Origin: a virus
DNA length: 64,000 nucleotides
Reading direction: 5' to 3' (one strand)
IMG/VR virus record: IMGVR_UViG_3300046004_001116
Span: 1-64,000 of that record
Positions 30,994 through 37,402 of the stretch are shown here, piece after piece. The translations under genes were made by a program, and so were the position numbers. The notes under the pieces were generated by a model. That model searched no databases and was not told the origin of the DNA. It was given only the letters and a program-made list of their open reading frames with translations. How positions within the stretch are numbered: the stretch's first letter is position 1; every line of letters starts with the position of its first letter.

Positions 30994-31067
30994 GCTGCTA
31001 TAGACGAATTGGTTAAGTCGTCGCCCTTTCAAGGCGGAGGTTGCGGGTTCAAGTCCCGTTGGCAGTA
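30994..31067 (+). tRNA. trnE: tRNA-Glu(TTC)
   Basis: Cloverleaf, loop CTTTCAA. Confidence 0.9.
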
Positions 31068-31073
31068 CAACAT

Positions 31074-31148
31074 GAGCGCTGAAGCACAATCGGACGTGCA
31101 CCTGGCATACGGCCAGTAGGATATAGGTTCGAATCCTATCTTTGCTCC
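31074..31148 (+). tRNA. Atypical/pseudo tRNA, loop CATACGG (A33)
   Basis: D and T arms intact, weak acceptor, no U33. Confidence 0.5.
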
Positions 31149-31156
31149 AAATACTT

Positions 31157-31230
31157 TCTCCTGTCGTCTAGTCGGCTCAGGACGCTGCCCTTTCACGGCG
31201 GTAACGCGGGTTCGAATCCCGTCGGGAGAA
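31157..31230 (+). tRNA. trnE: tRNA-Glu(TTC)
   Basis: Cloverleaf, loop CTTTCAC. Confidence 0.9.
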
Positions 31231-31332
31231 CAACACTACCGAATGGTGTAATCTATGTGTTAAAAGAACAGCGCTGGCTGAGACCAGAGTTCCACCGTAA
31301 TTGTAGTAATCGGTGATTCGGTAAACAATATT

Positions 31333-31404
31333 GGTTTCGTAGCTCAGAGGCAGAGCGGCACCCTGTTAAGGTGAGGGTCGGGATTTCGATATTCCCCGAG
31401 ACCG
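31333..31404 (+). tRNA. trnN: tRNA-Asn(GTT)
   Basis: Cloverleaf, loop CTGTTAA. Confidence 0.88.
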
Positions 31405-31415
31405 CAATTAAAAAA

Positions 31416-31586
31416 TAGCTTTCAGCCAAAGGTGGCGGGCAATACTTTTACTCAGTTATGTATGGACTGTCTTAGACGTAAGGTGGAAAATCATAAAGGT
31501 TTAAATAGGATATGACTCTGATTGTCGACGAGATGAGAGTATCTGATAAGTATCGCTGGGTGGGTTCGATTCCCATTGTGAGCTCA
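31416..31586 (+). ncRNA. tRNA-like RNA with ~100-nt extended arm replacing the anticodon arm
   Basis: AGCTTTCA/TGTGAGCT stem, D-like arm, T arm gtgggTTCGATTcccat. Confidence 0.55.
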
Positions 31587-31590
31587 AGAT

Positions 31591-31664
31591 TCCTCAGTAG
31601 CTCAGTTGGTTAGAGCGTCGGACTGTTAATCCGTAGGTCCTAGGTTCGAGTCCTAGCTGGGGAG
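31591..31664 (+). tRNA. trnN: tRNA-Asn(GTT)
   Basis: Cloverleaf. Confidence 0.92.
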
Positions 31665-31822
31665 CAAAAGTTGATTACTTTAGGTTACAGGAATTACCAG
31701 AAACCTGTCGACATACTCTTGGGCGTAAGGCAAGAGCAGATTTTGAACCAGGTTTAATCTGTAATGTAAACCTACTCGTATTTAACAATTATACGTTAAG
31801 TCTAATCAACTAAATTGTAACT

Positions 31823-31908
31823 GGCCTTGTAGCTCAATTGGATTGCATTACGCTTAGAGCCACCGACTTTTAATCGGTAGGTTGGGGGTTCGAGTCCCTC
31901 CAGGGTCA
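31823..31908 (+). tRNA. trnK: tRNA-Lys(TTT) with enlarged D loop
   Basis: Loop CTTTTAA; ~12 extra nt in the D loop. Confidence 0.8.
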
Positions 31909-32006
31909 CAAAGGAATAATTACTCTGGCGGTGGTGCGGGTAAGCGCCGGGAAGTAACGCCCGGTTGGCAAAGTAAATTATTCAGAGGTAAGGAAAAGAC
32001 TAAACT

Positions 32007-32079
32007 GGGGCTATGGTATAGATGGCTAACACACTTGCCTTGCACGCAGGAATCCCGAGTTCGAGGCTCGGTAGCTCCA
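32007..32079 (+). tRNA. trnA: tRNA-Ala(TGC)
   Basis: G3-U70, loop CTTGCAC. Confidence 0.92.
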
Positions 32080-32336
32080 CGGGAGTTTTTGAAACGGCCT
32101 ACTCTTTGAGGCACGTGATATTTGTACTTTAACAAAATTCACAGTATGGCAAGAGGGTTTTTGGAAGCGGCTTTAAGGTATAAGCAATGTATTTGACCAG
32201 AACAAAATCATAGTATAACTATCTTCTGTCACGTTAGCAGACCGGGTATGGCTACGCACAGTTTGGAAGTAATATGTGTATTAAACAAAACTTTCACCGC
32301 GGCGAAACGTTTCCCAAAACAAAGTAGTCGCAAGAA

Positions 32337-32421
32337 GGGAGTACGCCGGAGTTGGAGAGCCGGAGCGGTCTGTAACACCGTTGGCATTACGCCTGAGTAG
32401 GTTCGAATCCTACTACTTTCA
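32337..32421 (+). tRNA. trnY: tRNA-Tyr(GTA)
   Basis: Long variable arm, loop CTGTAAC. Confidence 0.9.
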
Positions 32422-32424
32422 CAA

Positions 32425-32503
32425 AAATTGAAGCGGAGGTAAGAGTTACATCAACTTTTTATTGGAAAAAACAAACAAACACTCTTCCTAATATTCTCAA
32501 TTT
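32425..32503 (+). ncRNA. Minimal Y-RNA-like gene
   Basis: GAAGCGG...GAGTTACATC / CTC...TAATATTCTC stem shared with the RNAs upstream of Ro60. Confidence 0.7.
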
Positions 32504-32506
32504 CAT

Positions 32507-32577
32507 TGTCCGATGGTGTAACGGTAACACTACTGTTTTTGGTGCAGTCATTCAAGGTTCGAATCCTTGTCGGATAA
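32507..32577 (+). tRNA. trnQ: tRNA-Gln(TTG)
   Basis: Cloverleaf. Confidence 0.9.
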
Positions 32578-32586
32578 CTATTATAT

Positions 32587-32659
32587 TGGAATATGGTATA
32601 ATGGCTCATTACACGTGGTTTTGGTCCACGCAATCAAGGTTCGATTCCTTGTATTCCAA
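32587..32659 (+). tRNA. trnQ: tRNA-Gln(TTG)
   Basis: Cloverleaf. Confidence 0.9.
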
Positions 32660-32664
32660 CAATT

Positions 32665-32739
32665 CGCGTAGCGATCCACAGAGAGAGGTTACCCGCCTTG
32701 GACGCGGGGTTATTGCAGGTTCGAGTCCTGTCTACGCGA
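32665..32739 (+). tRNA. trnP: tRNA-Pro(TGG), divergent D arm
   Basis: Loop CTTGGAC; perfect acceptor and T arm. Confidence 0.8.
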
Positions 32740-32750
32740 CAAATTTTTAA

Positions 32751-32823
32751 CGGGGTGTAGATCAGTTGGTAGATCGCGTGCTTTGGGAGCATGAGGCCGC
32801 AGGTTCGAGTCCTGTCACCCCGA
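32751..32823 (+). tRNA. trnP: tRNA-Pro(TGG)
   Basis: Cloverleaf. Confidence 0.92.
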
Positions 32824-32889
32824 CGAGACGAGACTGTTACTAATTCATAGGGGCCCATTCACGCAAGTGTCTGCATAGAATTAGAATTT

Positions 32890-32963
32890 AGGTGGTTAGC
32901 TCAACTGGTTAGAGCACTCGCCTGATACGCGAGAGGTTATGAGTTCGACTCTCATATCACCTA
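32890..32963 (+). tRNA. trnI: tRNA-Ile(GAT)
   Basis: Cloverleaf. Confidence 0.92.
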
Positions 32964-33031
32964 CTAAAAAATATAAAAGTCAAATGAAACAAATTTTAGT
33001 CAACTCCTCATAGGTTAGCATTGCTAAACTT

Positions 33032-33262
33032 ATGACTCAGAAATTGAGAATTTGGAGAGTAGTTCCCGTTCGTAACGGCGTTCAGGCTCCCACTTTTTTT
33101 GTAGAAACTACAGAAGAAGGACGCGACAAGGCAGAAGTATCTGCTTTAAAACAAGCAAGACAAAGGTCAGGCTTGAGTAAATTTGATTGTTGGAATTTCA
33201 ATCTTATCAAAACAGAATTAAGGTTAGATAAGTTTGGAAGATATGTAAAGTATCACCAATAA
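33032..33262 (+). CDS. Small hypothetical protein within the tRNA array
   Basis: 76-aa ORF filling an inter-tRNA gap. Confidence 0.6.
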   Translation: MTQKLRIWRVVPVRNGVQAPTFFVETTEEGRDKAEVSALKQARQRSGLSKFDCWNFNLIKTELRLDKFGRYVKYHQ

Positions 33263-33308
33263 TAAACTGGGCAGTTTTCGGTCTGCGTAATAATTAAAAC
33301 CGAAATTT

Positions 33309-33380
33309 GGTGATGTAGCTCAGCGGCAGAGCACCCGGCTCATATCCGGAAGGTCGAGGTCTCGGAATCCTCCATCGCTA
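33309..33380 (+). tRNA. trnM: tRNA-Met(CAT), atypical T loop
   Basis: Loop CTCATAT; T loop CTCGGAA. Confidence 0.75.
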
Positions 33381-33384
33381 CAAA

Positions 33385-33443
33385 TGTATACTTTAATATA
33401 CAATATGGTCTAAAACGGCTATAATTGTATATTAAAGTATACA
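33385..33443. repeat. 20-bp perfect inverted repeat
   Basis: tgtatactttaatatacaat / attgtatattaaagtataca. Confidence 0.85.
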
Positions 33444-33452
33444 AACAATAAA

Positions 33453-33594
33453 TTCCAGAAGCGGCAAAGAGAGTTACTTCGTCTGTTAAACGAGAGGTCG
33501 TAGGTTCGAGTCCTACTGCGTGTACCTTGATGGGAAACGTATAGCTCAGTTGGTTAGAGCGCTAAAAATCTCTCTCTTAATTATTCTCTGGCAA
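33453..33594 (+). ncRNA. YrlA-like Y RNA with permuted tRNA-like domain
   Basis: Shared terminal stem enclosing GTT hairpin, T arm, loop-closed acceptor, then D arm. Confidence 0.8.
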
Positions 33595-33597
33595 TTT

Positions 33598-33671
33598 GAC
33601 TCGGTAGCTCAGTTGGTAGTAGCACCTCACTTTTAATGAGGGGGTCGTGGGTTCGAGTCCCACCCGGGTCA
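33598..33671 (+). tRNA. trnK: tRNA-Lys(TTT)
   Basis: Cloverleaf. Confidence 0.92.
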
Positions 33672-33685
33672 CAAATATTAATCAT

Positions 33686-33763
33686 GGGAGCAGCTGGGAT
33701 AGCGCGGGTGGTGTCGAGCCACCTTTCACCGGTAGCTTGAGGTTCGAGTCCTCTTTGTTCCCC
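33686..33763 (+). tRNA. Atypical tRNA-like gene, 8-bp acceptor, loop TGTCGAG (G33)
   Basis: T arm tgaggTTCGAGTcctct; reduced D arm. Confidence 0.5.
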
Positions 33764-33777
33764 TAAATGTTATCAGT

Positions 33778-34029
33778 ATGACACGAGAACAGAAAATAGC
33801 AAAAAGGAAACTTCGTGCTTCTATCCACAGAGAAAAAAGAAACGAAAAGTACTTTAAAAAAATACGAGCGGCAAATGATATAGGCGGGTGGGTTCCACTT
33901 TATGCCGTTGATAGCCGTGGATACGTTTCAGGTTCATGGCCTGACTCAAGTAGCCCTACAGGATATTCACAAAGATGTTCTTATGATGCCTGGGGAACTT
34001 GTCAAAGTCCATGCAACGGAGACTGTTAA
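33778..34029 (+). CDS. Small basic/Cys-containing hypothetical protein
   Basis: 83-aa ORF ending CQSPCNGDC. Confidence 0.6.
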   Translation: MTREQKIAKRKLRASIHREKRNEKYFKKIRAANDIGGWVPLYAVDSRGYVSGSWPDSSSPTGYSQRCSYDAWGTCQSPCNGDC

Positions 34030-34033
34030 AAAT

Positions 34034-34092
34034 TGGGAGGTCGCATAGTTGGTTAGTGCTCATCTTCGGTGGTTCGAGTCCACCCCTCCCCA
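34034..34092 (+). ncRNA. tRNA-like RNA lacking the anticodon arm
   Basis: Acceptor, D and T arms intact; 8-nt linker tcatcttc. Confidence 0.7.
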
Positions 34093-34281
34093 CTAAGATT
34101 TAATCTGCTAAACGCAAAATGGTATGTTGCCGCCGATAACTACGGAAACACAAGCAAGGAAGGAGGTCACTTGCCGCATACAGGAAACACAGATCCGTTC
34201 ATTTTGTTAGTAAGGTATCGGGTACATTCGGTTGTACTTGGGTATTCACCAATCTGTGCCGGTGACAGATTAAATTTTTAT

Positions 34282-34355
34282 GGCCATGTAACTCAGTTGG
34301 TTAGAGTGCCCGCCTCATAAGCGGAGAGTCCTTGGTTCGAGTCCAAGCTTGGCCA
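34282..34355 (+). tRNA. tRNA-CAT (elongator Met or Ile2)
   Basis: Loop CTCATAA. Confidence 0.85.
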
Positions 34356-34545
34356 CATGAAAACGCAAGTAACGGTATTATTCCGAAGCGATGATAAGAA
34401 TTACAATTGGTCATCAGTATTATCTAAAGAAGTAGGATATGAATTTGTTAAACTACAGAAAATAGAGAACACGGATAATCCAAGATGGCCAAAATGGTCT
34501 TTTATCATTACTTACAAAAAAAGTAAATAAAAATGCAAAAGTGTA

Positions 34546-34574
34546 AAACTAACCGTTTTCACGTGTATATATAA
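34546..34574 (+). promoter_or_regulatory. RAACT-N17-TATATAA promoter driving leader 2
   Basis: Matches the 29862 element. Confidence 0.65.
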
Positions 34575-34596
34575 TAAACAACAAATAAATTAAACA

Positions 34597-34704
34597 ATGC
34601 AAACACAATCATTACATACAAGATCGTTTACGTCAAGCTGGAACTTATGTTTCGGACTAGGGCGCGATTGTGACATAGATCTGGAGGATCTGACTACTAT
34701 CTAA
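34597..34704 (+). CDS. Leader peptide of tRNA operon 2 (MQTQSLHTRSFTSSWNLCFGLGRDCDIDLEDLTTI)
   Basis: A-rich start; TCTGGAG at 34680-34686. Confidence 0.8.
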   Translation: MQTQSLHTRSFTSSWNLCFGLGRDCDIDLEDLTTI

Positions 34705-34729
34705 TGTAATTTGCATACAAGATATTTTC

Positions 34730-34762
34730 AAAGCTCCAGAATTAATTTTCTGGAGCTTTTTT
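34730..34762 (+). terminator. Attenuator terminator 2 (identical hairpin to terminator 1)
   Basis: aaagctccagaa-ttaatt-ttctggagctttttt. Confidence 0.85.
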
Positions 34763-34774
34763 ATTGCGATTAAT

Positions 34775-34830
34775 TTAACAAAACTTTAACATATTAAATT
34801 TGCTTTACATCTTTTAATTGGTTAATTTTA
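34775..34830 (+). promoter_or_regulatory. Bacteroidota sigma-A type promoter with TTAACA boxes
   Basis: TTTG 34799, TAATTTTA 34823. Confidence 0.7.
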
Positions 34831-34887
34831 TACTGTAATTAAAAACAACCATTAATTGCATTCTTTGACATACTGAAAACTAAAATT

Positions 34888-34960
34888 GGTGCTGTGGCAG
34901 ATCAGGTGATTGCGGCGGACTGAAAATCCGTAGGAGTGGGTTCGATACCCACCGGCACCA
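34888..34960 (+). tRNA. trnF: tRNA-Phe(GAA)
   Basis: Cloverleaf. Confidence 0.9.
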
Positions 34961-35075
34961 CACAAACTTATTTAAGGTTCGACCCTCACCCATTTTGCGC
35001 TCAATTCGCATTTACTTTGGAAGACTGGTTCTAGAGGGAGCTACCGACTGATAAGTGGCCGCACACGCGGCAAAT

Positions 35076-35150
35076 GCCTGAGTGGGTAAACTGGTAAAGC
35101 CGCTTGACTTAGGATCAAGAGTTCTGTGGGTTCGACTCCCACCTCGGGTA
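35076..35150 (+). tRNA. trnL: tRNA-Leu(TAG), short variable arm
   Basis: Loop CTTAGGA; A73. Confidence 0.85.
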
Positions 35151-35234
35151 CAAATTATTTAGTTCCATGCATAAGCTCAAACAGCTCCCTGAAATTACAT
35201 GGTTTAAAGGAGCTTAAACTAAATAATAAATTTT

Positions 35235-35311
35235 GGTGCCGCAGCATATCGGCGTATGATGCTCGCCTGTCACGTGGGAGATTGCGGGTTCGAATCCCGT
35301 CGGTACCGCCA
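35235..35311 (+). tRNA. trnD: tRNA-Asp(GTC), CCA encoded
   Basis: Cloverleaf, weak D arm. Confidence 0.88.
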
Positions 35312-35351
35312 TCTGGTTAAGATTCCAGAGAACAATCAAAAATCTACAAAC

Positions 35352-35425
35352 ACCCTCATGGTCCAGTTGGAGTGGATGTCGCCCTGTCACGGCGAAGATC
35401 GCGGGTTCGAGTCCCGCTGGGGGTG
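35352..35425 (+). tRNA. trnD: tRNA-Asp(GTC)
   Basis: Cloverleaf. Confidence 0.9.
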
Positions 35426-35531
35426 CAAAAAACTGGGGTAGAAAAATCTTAGGACGGCAATCCGTAGATGTAATACGATGGTTACTGCACAAAGAGAAAA
35501 GTAATTTGCCGATGAAATTCACTTAGCAGTT

Positions 35532-35619
35532 TTCCTTTTGATGAAATTGGCAAACATGGCTCGCGCGAAGCGAGTGCTCAGGGTTTACTCTGATAAAGGT
35601 TCGAGTCCTTTAAGGGAAA
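35532..35619 (+). tRNA. Atypical class II tRNA, loop CGCGAAG (CGA anticodon, G33, Leu-like body)
   Basis: Full cloverleaf with long variable arm, A73. Confidence 0.6.
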
Positions 35620-35644
35620 CAAATTTCAGGAGTAATTAACCTGA

Positions 35645-35781
35645 AGCTGAATGGTTCGAAACATTCGATTGGTCATGGTGTATTGGGCACGGTAGAACGG
35701 AGTAATCGTACGCAGAGCGTTAGGCTCTCAACGGCGGTGAAAGGGAAAACAGGTTAAAGGTTCGAATCCTTAGGATCAGCT
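35645..35781 (+). ncRNA. tRNA-like RNA with two T-loop hairpins
   Basis: AGCTGA/TCAGCT closure; gttcgaa motifs at ~35654 and ~35760; D-like arm. Confidence 0.45.
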
Positions 35782-35852
35782 TGCGTTAAAGTGTAAAGGT
35801 TGCATGGGACTCTCATAAGGTCTACGGGGTGGTTCGAGTCCACGCTACGCTA
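35782..35852 (+). tRNA. Degenerate tRNA-CAT
   Basis: Loop CTCATAA, mismatched acceptor stem. Confidence 0.5.
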
Positions 35853-35939
35853 CAAAATTCTAAGTGTGTCTTGGTACGCTCTGACAACCGTCAACGACAA
35901 GGTCTCGGTAGGCAAAACGCGTTTGATCCTACCCATTCT

Positions 35940-36013
35940 GCAGTAGTAGCTCAGTTGGTAGAGCGCTGCCTTGCCAAGGCAGAGGTTCGCGGGTTCGAAT
36001 CCCGTCTACTGCT
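35940..36013 (+). tRNA. trnG: tRNA-Gly(GCC)
   Basis: Cloverleaf. Confidence 0.92.
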
Positions 36014-36020
36014 CAAATAT

Positions 36021-36094
36021 GCGGGTATGGTGTTTAACGGTTAGCACGTGAGCCTTCCAAGTTTGAAGTTTCGGTTCGAATCCGAATATCCGCT
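36021..36094 (+). tRNA. trnG: tRNA-Gly(TCC)
   Basis: Cloverleaf. Confidence 0.9.
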
Positions 36095-36099
36095 CAACT

Positions 36100-36173
36100 G
36101 GTCTTGTAGCTCAACTGGATAGAGCATTGGTTTTCTAAACCAACGGTTATGGGTTCGATTCCCGTCAAGATCA
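36100..36173 (+). tRNA. trnR: tRNA-Arg(TCT)
   Basis: Cloverleaf. Confidence 0.92.
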
Positions 36174-36180
36174 CAAACAT

Positions 36181-36251
36181 ACGCCTATGGTGCAACGGTA
36201 GCATGACGGTCTCCAAAACCGTTGATAAAGGTTCGAATCCTTTTGGGCGTG
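36181..36251 (+). tRNA. trnW: tRNA-Trp(CCA)
   Basis: Cloverleaf. Confidence 0.92.
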
Positions 36252-36260
36252 CAAATATAA

Positions 36261-36347
36261 GGAGAGGTGCCAGAGTGGTCGATTGGACCGGTCTTGAAAA
36301 CCGGAGAGCGTGAAAGCGCTCCGTGGGTTCGAATCCCACCCTCTCTT
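36261..36347 (+). tRNA. trnS: tRNA-Ser(TGA)
   Basis: Class II cloverleaf. Confidence 0.92.
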
Positions 36348-36350
36348 CAA

Positions 36351-36498
36351 AATTAGAAGCGGTACATTGAGATACTTCAATATCCAAAACTGCCATTTGT
36401 TGGTTCGAGTCCAACCTGAGGTGTTAATAGCACCTCGGTGGTGAAATGGTAAACACAGCAGTCCCAAAACAAGACGCTCATGTAAACATTCTCTAATT
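36351..36498 (+). ncRNA. Second YrlA-like Y RNA with permuted tRNA-like domain
   Basis: TTAGAAGCGG-TACATTGAG / CTCATGTA-AACATTCTCTAA stem; T arm, loop-closed acceptor, D arm. Confidence 0.8.
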
Positions 36499-36503
36499 GA
36501 ATT

Positions 36504-36577
36504 GCTGGCGACGCATGAATGGTGGTGCACCGGATTTGTAACCCGGACTAGAGTCGGTTCGATCCCGACCGTCAGCT
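36504..36577 (+). tRNA. trnT: tRNA-Thr(TGT)
   Basis: Cloverleaf. Confidence 0.85.
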
Positions 36578-36583
36578 CAAAAT

Positions 36584-36654
36584 GGCCCTATGACCGAGCG
36601 GTTAGGTGCAGGTCTGCAAAATCTGTTAGGTTGGTTCGACTCCAACTGGTGCCT
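36584..36654 (+). tRNA. trnC: tRNA-Cys(GCA)
   Basis: Cloverleaf, U73. Confidence 0.9.
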
Positions 36655-36657
36655 CGA

Positions 36658-36852
36658 GAATAATCAGAGGACTCATCGCTGGAAACAGAGGAAGTTCGCG
36701 ACAACTAAACCTAACATGGGAGATGTAAAAATCGTTCGTACCACGGAAGTTGCAAGTTAAACAGTTTGAGGGTGTCGGTTTCCCTATGAGAACGGGTTAA
36801 TGCAAAGTCAAATGATGGGATAAAACAGAAACGCGGCTACGCTCAATTATTC
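36658..36852 (+). ncRNA. rnpB: Minimal RNase P RNA
   Basis: GAGGAAGTTCGCG (CR-I) and AACAGAAACGCGGCTA (CR-V) forming P4; P1 GAATAAT/ATTATTC. Confidence 0.8.
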
Positions 36853-36857
36853 AAATT

Positions 36858-36939
36858 GCCCAGGTGGAGAAATTGGTAGACTCGCCAGCCTAAGGAGCTG
36901 GTGCCGCAAGGCGTGAGGGTTCGAGTCCCTCCTTGGGTA
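36858..36939 (+). tRNA. trnL: tRNA-Leu(AAG)
   Basis: Class II cloverleaf, loop CTAAGGA. Confidence 0.88.
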
Positions 36940-36951
36940 CAAAATTAAAAT

Positions 36952-37041
36952 GGGCCGATTGGTGTAACTGGGAATGAATACCAGCTTGGGTTAACACGAA
37001 CCTGTAGGTTCGGCTGAGAGTTCGAATCTCTCATCGGTCCC
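36952..37041 (+). ncRNA. Atypical tRNA-like gene with 8-bp acceptor and no clear anticodon
   Basis: GGGCCGAT/ATCGGTCC; T arm gagagTTCGAATctctc. Confidence 0.55.
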
Positions 37042-37157
37042 GGTATCTCCCAAGGGAGAAAACTCTGGTTGGTGGTCTGACCTTATAGACCGCAATAAGA
37101 CTGTCAAGGTAGGACGTCAGTTATAGAGAGGTGAGCCATACCTATTCCTCTCAACAT

Positions 37158-37232
37158 GGTGATTGTAGCTCAGTTGGTTAGAGCGCTGGTTTGTGGTACC
37201 AGAGGTCGCGGGTTCGACCCCCGTCATTCACC
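37158..37232 (+). tRNA. trnH: tRNA-His(GTG)
   Basis: G-1/C73, loop TTGTGGT. Confidence 0.92.
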
Positions 37233-37247
37233 CTAAAAAGAATACTT

Positions 37248-37397
37248 ATGAAAGGCATTGAATTAATTCCAATTGGGCCTGTTTCTGAAGAAGCAAAGGC
37301 TAGGTTAAAGAAACGATCTGAAAGGGATAAAGCAAGATTAGACCAAATGGTTAAAGACGCTAAAGAAGGCAAGTATGATCATATAATAAACAAATAG
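37248..37397 (+). CDS. Small hypothetical protein
   Basis: ATG 37248, MKGIELIPIG... Confidence 0.5.
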   Translation: MKGIELIPIGPVSEEAKARLKKRSERDKARLDQMVKDAKEGKYDHIINK

Positions 37398-37402
37398 AAA
37401 GC

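Noticed and set aside
36952-37041. tRNA-Sec or tRNA-Pyl assignment
   Set aside because: No TCA or CTA anticodon in a 7-nt loop.
31882-37372. ORF-track entries overlapping tRNAs (31882, 31920, 32451, 32634, 34069, 35126, 35214, 35256, 35829, 36094, 36171, 37178)
   Set aside because: Spurious frames across tRNA and ncRNA genes.
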